DNA from: Vitrella brassicaformis CCMP3155
Lineage: Eukaryota > Protista > Chromerida
Length of the DNA stretch: 64,000 bases
Direction of reading: 5' to 3'
Assembly (NCBI GenBank): GCA_001179505.1
Contig: CDMY01000249.1
Coordinates: forward strand, 1 to 64,000
Position numbers and translations under genes: made by a program
The notes under the pieces: generated by a model
Databases searched by the model: none
The model's input: only the letters and a program-made list of their open reading frames with translations
What the model was told of the DNA's origin: nothing
Shown: one piece after another, positions 43,885 through 57,300 of the stretch
Layout: the number at the start of each line of letters is the position of its first letter
Numbering within the stretch: the first letter of the stretch is position 1

Positions 43885-45859
43885 GACCGAGGTTTCAGCC
43901 ATCAATTCATTCACGCGACTCCCTTGTCTGACCTGCAATACATGCGGTTTTCGTCAGAGCAGCATTGGAACAGCAGCAGAGAGTGAGAGCGAGAGAGAGC
44001 GCGATGGAATAGATCTGGAGAGTGACAATGGGATCGTCTCAATGAGACGGAGCCCCCATTTTGCATTTCGTCACGGTGTGAGAAGGGAGCATGCAGAGAG
44101 GTGGGCAGGTGGGAGGACTTGGTGAGAGTTTTTCTCAGTCAGAGATTTGATGTTTGCACAGAGAGAGCGTGAGCTGCGTAGACGGGGGCGATGACAAGCT
44201 ATCGTCTTCCCGTACGCACCGACGTGGTGCGCCACGGCATGGCGTAGCGCATTCACCACTGTGTAGGAGCGCAAAAGAGAGCACTTGGGGATATGGCGGG
44301 CTGGTTGGGTCACTGGGTGGATGGATTGAGAAGGGTGGGGCTGTTGATGCCATTGGCGTGGATGCTCTCGGCTCTGGTGCATCTGAGAGCCGAGAGAGAG
44401 AGATCAATTCATCGTCAGATCACAGCACCGAGAGAGGCGAGGCGGTTTTAACCAGCAGCACCACTCGATGACATTCCACATGAGTGTCCAGAACACCATA
44501 CTCGTCTCCTCTGGCAGACAAACAACACCGAAGAGGTCAGCCAACACACACATACGCAAACAGACAGATCTCATCGCACATGTCTGTTGTTTTTGGGCGT
44601 GTGTCTGTCTGGCAGTACTTGGATGCGTGTCTGATAAATAGTCTTGGCTGCCGGGATGGCGGGTGTTTCTCTTGGCTCTCGGGACGCCGAGATGGAGGGA
44701 GACTGGAGAGCTGGTGGGAACTAACGGGAGGCGGCCCAGTGGCACGACCAGTGGCAGGCCTTCAAGCACATGTCAGGGCGGGTCTTCAAGCACATGTCAA
44801 CACTGTCTCTCACTCACACCACCTGTTATAGGCTGCCCATCCTCATGACAACAAGCACGACACGGAGAGGAGCCACAATTTGTCTGTCACTTGTGGGTGT
44901 GTCTTGTCTGTTCCATAGATTTTTCTTCTTTTTGTCACGCGCCGATTGCCGGGGGGTGTTATATAGTGTGTCGGTTGTGAAGCCTTTGTCGGAGACATGT
45001 TGACTCTAGATCTCCCGTGTGTGCACACATACAGACGTATACAGATCGGTGGATGTATGGATGGATCGTGTGAGTGTAAGTGCCGTTTTGCCTAGCTACA
45101 TGAAAGGAAAGATGCCGACCACACAAATGTGAGCTCACTTTGCCATTACTTAAACAATCATTGAGAGAGAGGTCTGTCTTGCCAATGGTGTCGGCGGCAT
45201 CTCTGTCTGTCTCTTGCTATTGAATGGGTCTGATAACTGTCTGACAGACGCCAAAGGAAAGGCGCAATTGTCAGCTCACTCTATGCATGTCCGCCATGGC
45301 AGACACACTCCACCACACAGTCACCGAGAGAGAGAGAGAGGGAGAGAGAGGGAGTTATGGCCGGCAGGTGTCTATGTCTCTCTGTGTCTGTGTCTGAATG
45401 CTTTTTGGGTGTGTCGCTGCATTAGGCTCTGAATCGATCACGAGACAGCTCTCTGGGTGCTGTGCTTCACTCGCCCGTCGTCTCGTCTTGGGTCTAAAGC
45501 AATTATCTGTTCGATATGTCAGCAATGTTACTGTGATGTCCGCCCGCCCGCTCATCTCATGTGCGTCTGGGCCGCACCCACACAGACGCAAGAATGCTTC
45601 TCTCAGCATTGCAATATGCTGCCCAGCTGGAATGCTCAACTGCTCAACTGCTTACGCAGAAGGCTGGGGAGACACAAATTTCACGCCAATTGACGCCTTT
45701 TATACCCCTTGGTCGATTGGCAGGCTTGATTACGGTCTACTAGCAGACACCTGAAACTAAGGCGGGCGTCAGCCTATTTGACAGCATAATGTCAAGTAGA
45801 ACTCACAACGCTATGTCTGTCTCTATTAGACCATACGCTCCAACTCTGTCGCTAGATCC

Positions 45860-48372
45860 TCATGGCCCCTCTCCCTCGCCAAATCGATCGGCGTCTCTCC
45901 CTACACACACACACACACAGAGAGAGACGGGGAGAGAAATTGCTTCGCCGTGGCTCTGTGTCGGCCCACTTACGTGATTGTTGGTTCGCTTGAGGAGCTC
46001 GCGGCCGCCTTGCTTGTTGACCATGCACATGACCGCCTCCCTGTGCCGCTGCATACCCGCCATGTGCATGGGGGTGTTGCCAAACGGGACGCAGAGGGAT
46101 AAAGAGGAAACAGGGATTACGGAAAGTATGTCTCCGGTGTCTTTGCTCACCGTGTTGATTGTCTGGAGCAGCGTCACTCCTCCTTCCTTCAGCAGATACT
46201 CCATCGCCTCCACACGATTGCCAATTGCAGCCATGTGAAGGGGTGTCAAGCCATGCTGGTCGGGGATTTTGAGGGGTTCGGGGCTGCCGTTCCACTCCAC
46301 CAACTGCCGCAACACGTCCACGTGGCCACCGAAGGCAGCGTTGTGAAATATCGTCCGGCACTACAGACACAGATCAGGCGTGTAGCCCTGCTCACACATG
46401 ATGTGTTGTTACATAGGACTCGAGCGAGAGGATGGAGTCGAATTCTTTTCGCTTGACGATGGCCGTGAGCACTTTCAGCTGTCCTTCCTCCGCAGCAACG
46501 CCGGCAATTGTGCGGCCGTACTGAATCAAGAGACACAGACAGACACTGTGTGTGTGCGTCTGTTTGTCTGTTTGTCTGTTTGTTGGAGACACTGACCTTG
46601 TCTTTGATGGTCAAAAGATGCTCTTCCCCCGTGCCCAGCAACAGATTGACCACCGACACATGCCCTCTTTTCGCCGCTAGGTGAATCGGGGTGGGCTCTT
46701 CTCGAACCTTCGTCCGTTTCTCAATCAGATGTGTTCCTCCTTGCTCGACAATCTCCTTGACCAGCTTCTCCCGGCCATTCTGGGCGCTGTAGTGCAAGGG
46801 CGTGAAGCCGTCATCGTCAGCCTCTTCGAGACGCTCGCGGCCCTCTTTTCGATGAAGTTGATCAACGCCTTCAGGTCACCCTCGGCACACGCTTCAAAGA
46901 TGGTTTTGTTCTGGAACGAGAGACAAGAGACATGAAGAGGACTTCAAAGCATTCACGGCAGGGACGGACGCTCCATTCCCTGCTTGACCTCTCCGCTTCC
47001 TGTCGTGTCTGCGTCCTGAGCCGCCCCTTTCCGATCGACTGAGAGCGTTTGGCCTGAGAACAGAAGCGAGACACTATTCAACACAGGCACGACACGTATG
47101 CGAACACACACTAATATACACACCACACGTCTCCTCTCCAGCCCATGAGTACCTTCCATCATGATTGGTTCACCAGCTTGCCACAGGTGGGGCGTCCAGT
47201 CACAACATCCGATCTTCTTCATGACGACAGTGTTTCCCACCGCACACATCAGATGCTCCTTCAGGCCCTTACACGATAATGTCGACGGCTTCGTGTCGTA
47301 CGTGGTGCTGGTGCTGACCCTTCGTTCCGCCTTATGCACAAGCTCGTCGTGCTCCATCGAGACCGAAGGCTTGCAGCATGCGTCAGGGATGAAACGATAC
47401 AAATCGCATGGCTCGTCGGGAGGCAGCATCTCCCATTGCTCATCTTCGGCCTCCTCCTTCTTGTCGTCGGTCGTGCCGGTCTGTTCCCCCGGCGTGTCCA
47501 GCACCAATTTATTGCTCTTGTAGACTCGAAGAGTCTTATCCGGAAACGCCATTGGCACAAGACGACGGGCCACGTCGCTGGTGCAGAAAGAGTCTTTCTT
47601 CCACCTCCACAGCTGGGATGGATCCACAGATTCGCCTTCGTTGCGGCCCGTCCTTTCTTTCAAAAAAATGAAAGTGCGACCGACACCGCTCTCAGCGGTA
47701 AGTACCATGTCACTCCTCCCGGTACGAATGTCGTACATGTGCAGCCGGAAGAATGCAGCCTTGATATTCTCCTGCTGGCGAAGATACTGCTTGTAGGGCA
47801 TGAAGAGCGGATTCGCTTTGACGAGTACTATGCCGTTCTCGTCTTTCAGCAAGCCAGGGTGGATCATGCGGTCGACGACCTGGTGTTTGCTGTCCTCGAT
47901 GAAGATGGAGATGTAGCAGGGGCTGATGGTGTCCTGGGTCGTCTCTGCGCCAGGGACCAGCTCGTGCCATTCCTTTGCCAAGCGGAAGAAGCCAAATTCA
48001 ATTTCTATCTCCTTCTCCTCTTCTTTCTTTTTCCTGCATTGCGTGAGAGAGGAGAAAGTGTCATAATGTCTCCCTCTGCATTGTTCATACCGGGTCTCCC
48101 ATTCGATCGTTGGCTTTGCGCCGACCCCAACGCCGCTGATTTCCCCGCTAAGCTCCAGTCCGATGGCTGTTCTATTGTACTTGCTCTCTTCCTTCTTCAG
48201 CTGCTTCCGAACTTTCTTAGGTGGAGCCGCCGGCACAAGCATCACCTGACATAAGTACATGCTGACGTGCTTTCTCACTTCACGAAACCTGTCCGCTTAC
48301 CCATGCAGGGCTGTTGGCCTTGTTCAGGATCCGGAGAGCAAAGTTTCTCGCCGTTGGCGTTTCTGAGGCCAT
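45860..48372 (-). CDS. Paralogue 2: unrecognised N-terminal domain with an amphipathic beta-hairpin + beta-trefoil-like region + ankyrin repeats
   Basis: MASETPTARNFALRILNKANSPAW|VMLVPAAPPKKV..IGLELSGEISGVGVGAKPTIEWETR|..YISIFIEDSK; SQLWRW and EQWEM (QxW-like). Ankyrin exons TIFEACAEGDL, FTPLHYSAQNG, PTPIHLAAKRGH, GLTPLHMAA, GNTPMHMA. One base missing at the T4 run 46846-46849. Confidence 0.78.
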
Positions 48373-48494
48373 CTCCAAGGCTAGCGCCCGTCTTCTGGGG
48401 GCTGCCGGGGGCCAAGGGCGCGAGCTTGCAAAGGATGCTGTGTTCTGGTGCATCGATGTGTGATTCGGATGCAGGTAAGGGGCGGCACCGAAGG

Positions 48495-51400
48495 ATGATT
48501 CTGCGGCTTTTTGTAGCTTTCTCCCTTTTGGTCGGGGCCCAATGTGAGGCGACGGTGGACCAATGGACGGATGACGGCGCGAACAACTGCGAAGGGACAG
48601 GATGGCTGCCGCTTGCGGAGTACACATTTGGGAGCAACGAAGAAGGCCTGGGTTGGCGAATGTATGTATGTACGCATGCATAAGATGCAAAGAGCCGGCA
48701 ATCATTGCGTGTGTTACTTTGATGTCTGCAGGAAAGGCGGGTTTAGGGGGTCACGATTCGAGACGGGAAGGCGGTCATCTCCACAGCGAAGAATGCCTAC
48801 TTTGACCTTCAGCAGGGCATTGCCAATATGCCCTCATCCACCCGGGCAGCCCTGTCCGCGACAATGGACCTCTCACAGCTCAATCTACCAAATGTGCCGT
48901 CGGAAGACAGGTTCTCGGGCACCGACGGGGTCAGCAAGAACGGTTTCGAGCTTGTCAACATGAAGGGGGAAAGCAATGGACGCGTTGCAAGCCTGGTCGT
49001 GTACAGACATGACAGCACGCTGAAGGGCATGCTCACTTATACGAGTGAGTCTGGGGAGGTGAGAAGCAGCGAAAATGCCTTCAGCCTACAGGATGATGGC
49101 TCGACGCACGAGTACGTTATCGGCTACACGCTGACCAAGGGGACGGGTGGCGAAGGAGGGGTGTTCGTGTGCGAGGACGGCAATCTATTGTTTGAGAAGA
49201 CGCTCCAGGAGCTCATGTTGACAGACACAGACGTGACCAATGTTCGCGTCGGGTAGGTACTTTGCAGAGACAGAGACACATATAATAATGGTGGATTCAT
49301 GGTTTCGTGGTGTGTCTCTGCGTGTGAAATATGTGTCTGTAGGTACGTCACTTGGGGAGCCAACGTGCAAGGACAACTCAGCCTTGATCGCATTTCGATG
49401 TACGTGCCATCCCTCCCTGACGTGTACGTCAACGCACAGACGGGAGCAGACACAAACGAGGGCACTCAAGACAGCCCCCTCGCATCAATAGTCCGAGCAG
49501 CAGAGGTGCGACTGACACAAATGAGAAAACAGAGACGCCTGACGCCATGTATTGTCCCGCGTGTGTCTCATCGATTTCAGATAGCACGGCAGGGCACGAC
49601 CGTCCACATTGCCAAGCGAGTGTATCGAGGAGCATTGAAGCTGAAAGGCAATGGCGAACCCGGCAAGCCCATCCGATTTGTTGGCGAGGAAACCAGGGAC
49701 ACAGCCATTGTCGGGTCGATCCGTGCTGAGTGGGTGCAGCATGGGCGTTGTATGGGGCAACGTGCAATTGTGTTGTCACACAGACAGTTGTTCGTCTCTC
49801 ATCTGTCCTTTTTGCAGTGCGCTCGAGTGGACCTCAGATCAAGCAAGCATCTTCAAAGCTGATGTGACAAAGTTGAAGGACGGAGGAAATTATGTCGGCA
49901 CGTGGAGCCTCAGTCGAGCCCCGAGGTGGCTCTGTGAGACCAAGACAGCTGGCGTCTGCAGCAAGAAGTATCATGTCGCTCGGAGTCCTAACTTTCGTCT
50001 GCCGGACCCTCCAGATGAATACAAATACTTGCAGGCATGCAGCCGCATCAACGAATACAAAGGCTCTGGTTTTGTGGGAGGGGGAGGACGTTTTGCTGTT
50101 TTGTGTCATTCGCAGCATTGGTACGTGGCCGACGGAGGTAGTAGGGTCCCAAGCTGCGATCCATCCGCTGAGGAGGGCCCTGACCGATTTTGTGACGAGA
50201 ATACGTGGTCATTTAACACTATGACCGATGTCGATACGTTTCCCGAGAGCGGAGATCCTCAGCCAAAGGGGAACCTCAAGACGCTACCCGATTTGGTTGG
50301 TGCCATCATAATTGCGGTACGTCAAGTGACTCCCCGCCGAACAACCAGCTGGACAGTCACTTCTGACCCTTTGTTGCCTTTGCTTGTTCGATCATGCAGT
50401 CTAGCGGCAGAAATGGCTTTTGGAACATGCAAGCAGAAGTCAAGACACACGACAAGGAAGCCGGAAAAATCACCATCAGTAAAACATTTACCACCTGTCC
50501 CTCTGTCTCACAAACGGAGAGTCGCTTTTCTTGTTCTGCAGACACCCAAGAAGCAAATTTCTACTGCAGAGACCCAACGTACGCGAAATACATCAAGCAA
50601 TTCGGCTCCCAATATCTGATTCCGTGCGAATAGCTTTCCGGGATTCCGTGCATTTGCCCACTACTATGTTGCAAATAAAATGGCCTTTCTCGACAGCCCT
50701 GGCGAAGTGAGCGTACAACACGGGAAAGAAGTAGGATTTTCATTGTGTCTCCCTCTGTGTGCGGCACTGTGTGCTTGTAGTATTATTCTGACGAGAGTAC
50801 AGGCCTACTGTATGTGTGGAAGCCAGACGACGTCGAATGGAGCGATATAGAGATCGTGGGGGACGCCAGCGATCAGAAGATTGCCCTCGACCTGACCGAC
50901 AAGAGCTTTGTCGAGCTGTCGGGACTCACCTTCTCTTTTTTCGAGGAGATGCTAAAGGAAACCTACCCCACCAGCAGATCCTCTGAGCACATCAATGTCA
51001 ACAACTGCCCCTTCCACAGCGCCGTGAATGGTGTCTGGCTGGTTCGACGGCTGGATCGGTCGAAGCCACACAAGAAGACGCGGTTCTGGAGCTTCACTGC
51101 CAACGAATTTTTTCGACTCCGTTCTTCACTGAGGGCAACAAAAACGAACGAGGCCGCGACCCCGTGAACGGTAAGAGAGACTCGACTCTATGAAGGGTGT
51201 GTGTTGTTTGGTTTGTGCTGTCGTTGTGCAGGCGAAGCTAGTGTGCGCGACTTGTACTTTAGCGGCAACAGATTTCACCACTCCAGCTTCCCCTACGAGT
51301 GAGTGCTCAAATAAGGGCGTGAGTGCCCGTGTGTGTCATCTTGGCAAATGAATGTGTGTGTGCAGGTACCCGCTGTATAAGGTGAATACAGACGCATTGC

Positions 51401-53615
51401 GTATGGTCACGTTTTTACAAATGGGTTTTACAATGCAGGTGGGGAAGCCGTCACACACCCCTGCAGCCGTCACGTTCCATTTCGCAACGAACATCACATT
51501 CGTCCACAACACTATCGAGGTCACGTCGTTCGCAACGCTGAAGAGAGACATAAAGCTGTCTCCTGTGTCCTTTTGCCTCATTAGTTCATGCCTTATTGCA
51601 GGTGGTTGGAGGGTATGCACTTCAATGTAGATACGGACAACATGGAGAAACTTCAGATGCGTTCAAATATCCTGAGATTCACCCATCTGCTCATGGTGAC
51701 AATCTCATCGCGTGGAACACATTCAACAGAGCAGCCGAAATGAAGTCGGATGCGGGTGGGCAGAGAGATGGATGGACCATGGGGCAGGCAGCGCAGAGAT
51801 GGATACACTTACTGCTTTGCAGGCACAGTAGCTGTTAGGTGAGCGAACGACTGAGTGCATATAAGTGGAAGAGCACAGGCAAGAGGGTGGCTGATCCGCT
51901 GCTGCAGTGGAAGAAAGCCCTTTGGGACTCTCTTCATGGTCAGTTGTGTATTGCCCTTCTGCTGTGTGCCTTATTTCATTGTTCGATCTCCTTGTTTGTT
52001 GTCAGGAAAACGTAGGCGCCATAGAAATTCCTGGGGGACTGAGCGAGAAGATTATCGAGCATCGTGTCTCCCTGCACAGACAATCAGCAACACCTTCGGC
52101 TGGACGGGACCCACATCGAGAGGTCGTGTGCTGGAGCTGGTTCAGGCATGTACGCCGAGTACATATACGGCGTGAGCTGGAAGCAATGAAAGCCTCTCGT
52201 GGCCGGATCTATGTCGCCGCGTGCTTGTCTTTTCAGGGAGTCTTTTTCAGAAACGTACGTAGGCCGACCCAAGAAGGTGTGTGCAGGGTTGGACTAATTG
52301 CATGGCATACCTGCTTTCCTCCAGGTTGTCTTCAACATTCACGGTAGGTCAGAGTACGCACACTGCATGTGAATACGTCACTGTCTGTCCTTCTCGCGCA
52401 CTGACCAATAGAAAAGGGCGTGACGTGGCACAGAAACGAGAAACTGGTAAGACGGTCTAAAGAACAGAGCGTGTAGCAGACCTGCTGACGCTCTGTTGTG
52501 TGTGTGCCTGCGCAGGATACTGAGTACATTTTCATGTGAGTACGCTTGGTGTACAACACGGATACATGTGAGAATTCGCATTGTGCGTGGTTGCAGGAAC
52601 AATGTCGTCGTCGGAGCCTCCAAATGTGTCCGGTCAGTCGAGAGACATCTCAAACATCCAGGCAAATTCACCATCGAAAACAAGTAAGCAGCCCAATGCG
52701 TCTCTCTCATGTTCACCTTGTGCGTGTACGCGTACACATTTGTGTCTCGCTGATGTAGCCTGTTTGTGGACTGCGACACCGTGGGTGTGAACGTTGTGGC
52801 ACCTGGCAACCAGCTGTTCCCGCGAGAAGAGTACATCGTCGACTACAACCAATATAAGCTGCCTGCTGCTGCGAAGCTGGTCGATATCGGTCAGGGCAAG
52901 CCCGATGACAGCGAGCGATACAAAACGCTGGCGGAGCTGCGGGCAGCGGCGCGCGGCAGGTGGATCGAGGGGTGGGAGGATCACGGCAGCGACACTGTGC
53001 AGATTGGAGAAGGCTTTCAAGCGAATGAATCCTTCGCTGATTGGAGGAAAGGGGACATCAACCAACACACAATCATCCAATATGACCCATGTAAGCTGCC
53101 ATACCCATCCAAAGGCGGCCATTCATGCCATCTTTCTCCCTGCGCGCAGCATGGTTTGCTCCGACCAGCGATCAGATCGGCGCGTCGAACCCCTCTTTCC
53201 AGCCTGAGGTCGAGCGGTTGCTGAGACACTTCAGTATTTGCGTGCCAATGGCAGCCGGAGAAGATGTAAGCACCACACAGAGAAATGGAAAAGCACCGTA
53301 CAGACTTGTTAGGTTCTCTGTCTGTCTGCCTGTGTCTCACTTCTGTCGCTCCTGATGTATGTGCAGGTGCTGCCTGTGGGTCCTCATTCCTCCGGCAACG
53401 ACAAGTGCTTCAAGGGCATTGGCACAATAGGCGACAACTTCCAGCTGCCCGAAGGGGAACCTCAAGATCAGCCAGAGAACGGCTCGCCAGAGAACGGCTC
53501 GCCATCAGAGCCTACACAGGACGAGCTCGACAGCAAAGCAGCCCCGATGCATTCGATGACGTCTGCAGCAGCTCTAGCGGCTGTTCTGATGGTATTAGCA
53601 GTCTTATTGTCGTAA
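48495..53615 (+). CDS. Secreted right-handed parallel beta-helix protein (DUF1565/pectate-lyase-like, possible glycosidase) with a GPI-anchor-like C-terminus
   Basis: Signal MILRLFVAFSLLVGAQC. VYVNAQTGADTNEGTQDSPLASIVRAAE|IARQGTTVHIAKRVYR..GNGEPGKPIRFVG; YYVANKMAFLDSPGE|..TGLLYVWKP; repeated strand-Asn units (FVHNTIE, IAWNTFN, VFNIH, VRGCRNNVV); hydrophobic end SAAALAAVLMVLAVLLS*. At least one frameshift (50622-50623). Confidence 0.75.
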
Positions 53616-54373
53616 GTAGAGATTTCTTTTAGGAGATATTTTTCCGCAGTTCTTCTGGTCTAAGTCGACAGAGGCACTGATAGATGGGCAGGAGACGGGT
53701 TGGTGGTTCGAACATGACACCCAAACATCCCTATATGTCTCGCCACTCTGCGTTCGTGCGCTCACATTGTTTTCTTTTTTGCACGGACTCTCTGTGACAC
53801 TGTCTCCTTATGCGTGTGTCATGCCATGAGTTTTGAGACGGATATCGAGACATTGAAAGATCGACGAGACAGGCCAGGGGTGCAGCTGTGTCTTGCCTCG
53901 GTGCGCTGACGTGTTGGATTGTTCCCCGTCAGTAATCTTAATAGAATTGACCTACTCATGATCAGCTGCTAGGCGTGTTCAATGATCACAGCAAGGCACG
54001 CGGTGCGCACACACAGACACAATACATACATACAAGGCACGTACACACAGACAAAATGCAACTACATGGTCATCCATACACAAGCCTGTCGACACACATC
54101 CAGGTGCTCGAATTCCGCTACTTGCTTACTCACTGCGATTGACAAAGAACGACCTGCCGACCGACACAAACTGACTGACTGACTACCTTTGATCAGAGGC
54201 GTGCACATTAAATGGCCAGCCGCACATCAGCTCAATGAATGACACACACCGCACAAGGGCGGCTGGCTTTCAAAAACAGACCAGCTGTATAAGTAACTGA
54301 GGGATTGAATGGCCACACACCGCACAGTGGCCACCGAGCCCCCTCTTCCTGTCGATCGGCCGGCCGTCGGCAT

Positions 54374-57300
54374 TCACTTGTTCTTGTCTGCGCGTGGCGG
54401 TGCTGGTGGGCTTGACGCATCAAACGGACGCTCAGCAGCATGTCCGTCGCTGTCGCTGTCGCTGTCCGTCTCGTTACTCGTCCGCCATAGGCGCCATCGG
54501 GAGAACAGAGGGGAGGCGCCGATGGTTGTCTGCGTGTCGCCCATCTCGTCTTGGGTGCGCCGCACACTCGCTGACGGACGCAAGGATGGATGGACACACA
54601 AATGGATGGATGCGGACACGTGTGCGTGTGTGCGTGTGTGTGTGTGTTTTCATCGACGTACCTGCGCGGACGTCGTATGCTGCTAGGGAGGGGCTTGCAA
54701 CCATTCCTCCTTTTTTGCCCGACTTGTCATTGCCCCATGACCGCCCTCCTGACGTGTGGTAGGCAGCCGCACTGAAGTAACATCTGACACGAATGTCCAT
54801 CCATCCACACGTGAATGCAATGAAGGGTCAGTAAGTGCTCCGCTGCTATCTCACCTCGGCAGCCTGTGTGCGTCGGCATCCCAGCAGCAGCCCTTCGCCT
54901 GATCGATCAATGCCGTACACGCACAGACACACAATCGGCGTGTGGCTCACATGATGTATTTTCGTGTATGTGTTGTCACACCATCTCACCTCGCATGCTC
55001 TGCGTCCACCTCCCTCCGGCATGCAGTCAAGCACACGATACTCACCATTGGGGCACACACCTGACGCAAACACACGCACCGGACATTTGTATATGGTATG
55101 ATGCGCGACGATATGAGGGTCTTCCCCTACCAACCACATACCATCAGTGGTTTTGGGTTTGGTCTTGTGGTAGCACCATGGCCGTCCTCTGCTGTTGGGT
55201 TCGTAGCAGCATCCGGCCTGCTCACACTCGGCCTGGCTGGCCTTGTCGGGCAGACAACGGATGTCGTTCGTGGCGCGGTTGGGACACACACCCTCTGCAC
55301 ACAAATATGAACACAGACATAGGTGCGGGTAGAGCAGACAACAGATAAGCGTGTTTGCTGACCTTTCTTGGGCGGTTTAGTGTGGTAGCATCTGAATGGG
55401 TGGCCGTATAGCGATGGGTTGAGAGGGTCCCAGCAGCAGCCCTTGGACTCACTGACACACACACACACAGACACACACACACAATTGAGCGGTTGATAGA
55501 TGGATGGATAGCTTCATGCAGCCACCCGGTGCTGGTTTGTGTGCCCACCAGTCGTGTTTGTTGTCGGCTTTGCATTCAAGGTGGTTCAGCCGAGTGCTGG
55601 GGCACGAACCTACACAGACATATGACACAGATACACTCAGATCCACCCGCAGCCACATGGGTCCCCTTCTCCCACCCACCCACTCACCGGCAGCGAGACA
55701 GTTGCCGTAGTCCTTGACATCGCTGCCACCACCGCCGCCACACTGGAACTCTGGAGAGACCACACACGCATACACGCCCGGCACAGTAACACAGATAGCC
55801 AGCTGTGGGTGTGTGATGGAAGGCGCTAGGCACCACTTTGTGTGTGCTCGCTTACCGTCATCATCCTTCTCCTTGCCGTTCTTGCATTTTTTTTTGTTTT
55901 TGCGGCACTCGTCCTTGTCCGTCTTGTCCTCCTTGCTGCCGTCACACTGGTGTCCCCTGCACTCGTCCGGGCTGCTGCCATCATCTGCAGACACACACAC
56001 ATGCGTCAAATTGCCTTTATGTATGTGTGCGTCATGACGACTGGTTGCTGACCGTCCTTTGTTTGTAGTGAGTGTGGGTACAGCGACGGGTCGTACTTGT
56101 AGTAACACGCCGGGCCCATGCTGTTGCGAGCGTCCCAGCAGCAGCCCATCTCCTCGCTGCACCAAGGTCCCACACACACAGCCAGAGCATTCGTCATCAC
56201 ACACCCACACCATCCCTTCGTGTGCCTCCCCTTTCTGACCAATCGTCCTTCCCCCGCCCTCTAGGAAGACATTCCATCGTCGAGTACATCCTGTTGGGGC
56301 ACTGACCGCCAGACGGCACCAGCAGTGGCGGGGACTCAGTGGTGGTGGTACTGCCGGATGACCGTGGGCTGTCGGTGGTACGTCGTCGCCGTTCGGATCT
56401 TCTCTTCCGGTAGCACCGGATCCGCTTGCCCGCTGCGTCACGGGCTTCATTGCCACGGTCCCAGCAACAACCCATCGCTGCACAAGGCACACAAGGACGG
56501 AGAGCTGACAATACGGATGCGTGTGGATGTGTCTCCGTGTCTTTCTACCTTTGCATTGAGATCTGGAGTCAGCGGGGCATGCCTCTCCGCTGTACAGCAT
56601 GTTGGGGCAGGAATTATCGGCCATCGGGTCCCTCTTGTAGAAGCACGAGGGCAGCCCCTGGCTGGCGGCAGTGGGGTTCCAGCAGCAGTTGCGCCGCTCA
56701 CACGCACGCTCATCGCCGCCATAGGGCAGACAGTTCAAGTGACTAAACTCGCCGCTTTCGCAACGTCCTGACGGCATGCACACACATGAGCAAGTGTGTG
56801 TGGGTGAGTGAGTGGGCGTACCATTGCGACTGGGTGTGACTGTTGGGATTGACAAAGGAGGGCTCTGAGTGGTGGTGGTGGTGGTCGTTGTGGTGGTGGT
56901 TGAAGTGGTTGATGATGTGGTGGGGGTGGTGTCCTGGACAAGAGGTATATATGCGGCATACTTGTAGTAGCACCTGGGCCCCCCTCGCCGGTGCGGCTCC
57001 CAGCAGCAGCCACGCGACTCACACGCAAAGCGATCACCGCCCTCGGGCAGACAGTCATGCAGCCGGCCCAACAGCAGATTCGGACAGCTGCCTGCACACA
57101 GAAAGGAGAGACCAGGAGCGATACACAGCATTGCTGGGGCGCGTGTGTGCGTGTGGTTGTCTGACCGTCTTGGAAAGGGTTATCTTTGTAGAAGCATGCA
57201 GGCAAGTTGGTGTTGGTGTCGTCGCAGCAGCAGCCGTTGGCCTCGCACCTCTCCCGCCCCTCGTGGGCCGCCAGGCAGCTGTAGTCGCGGAACGGGGATG

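Noticed and set aside
55449-57131. 560-aa ORF as a single exon
   Set aside because: It reads through several introns (CVCVC/HTHT tracts) and drifts out of frame. The real CDS is spliced.
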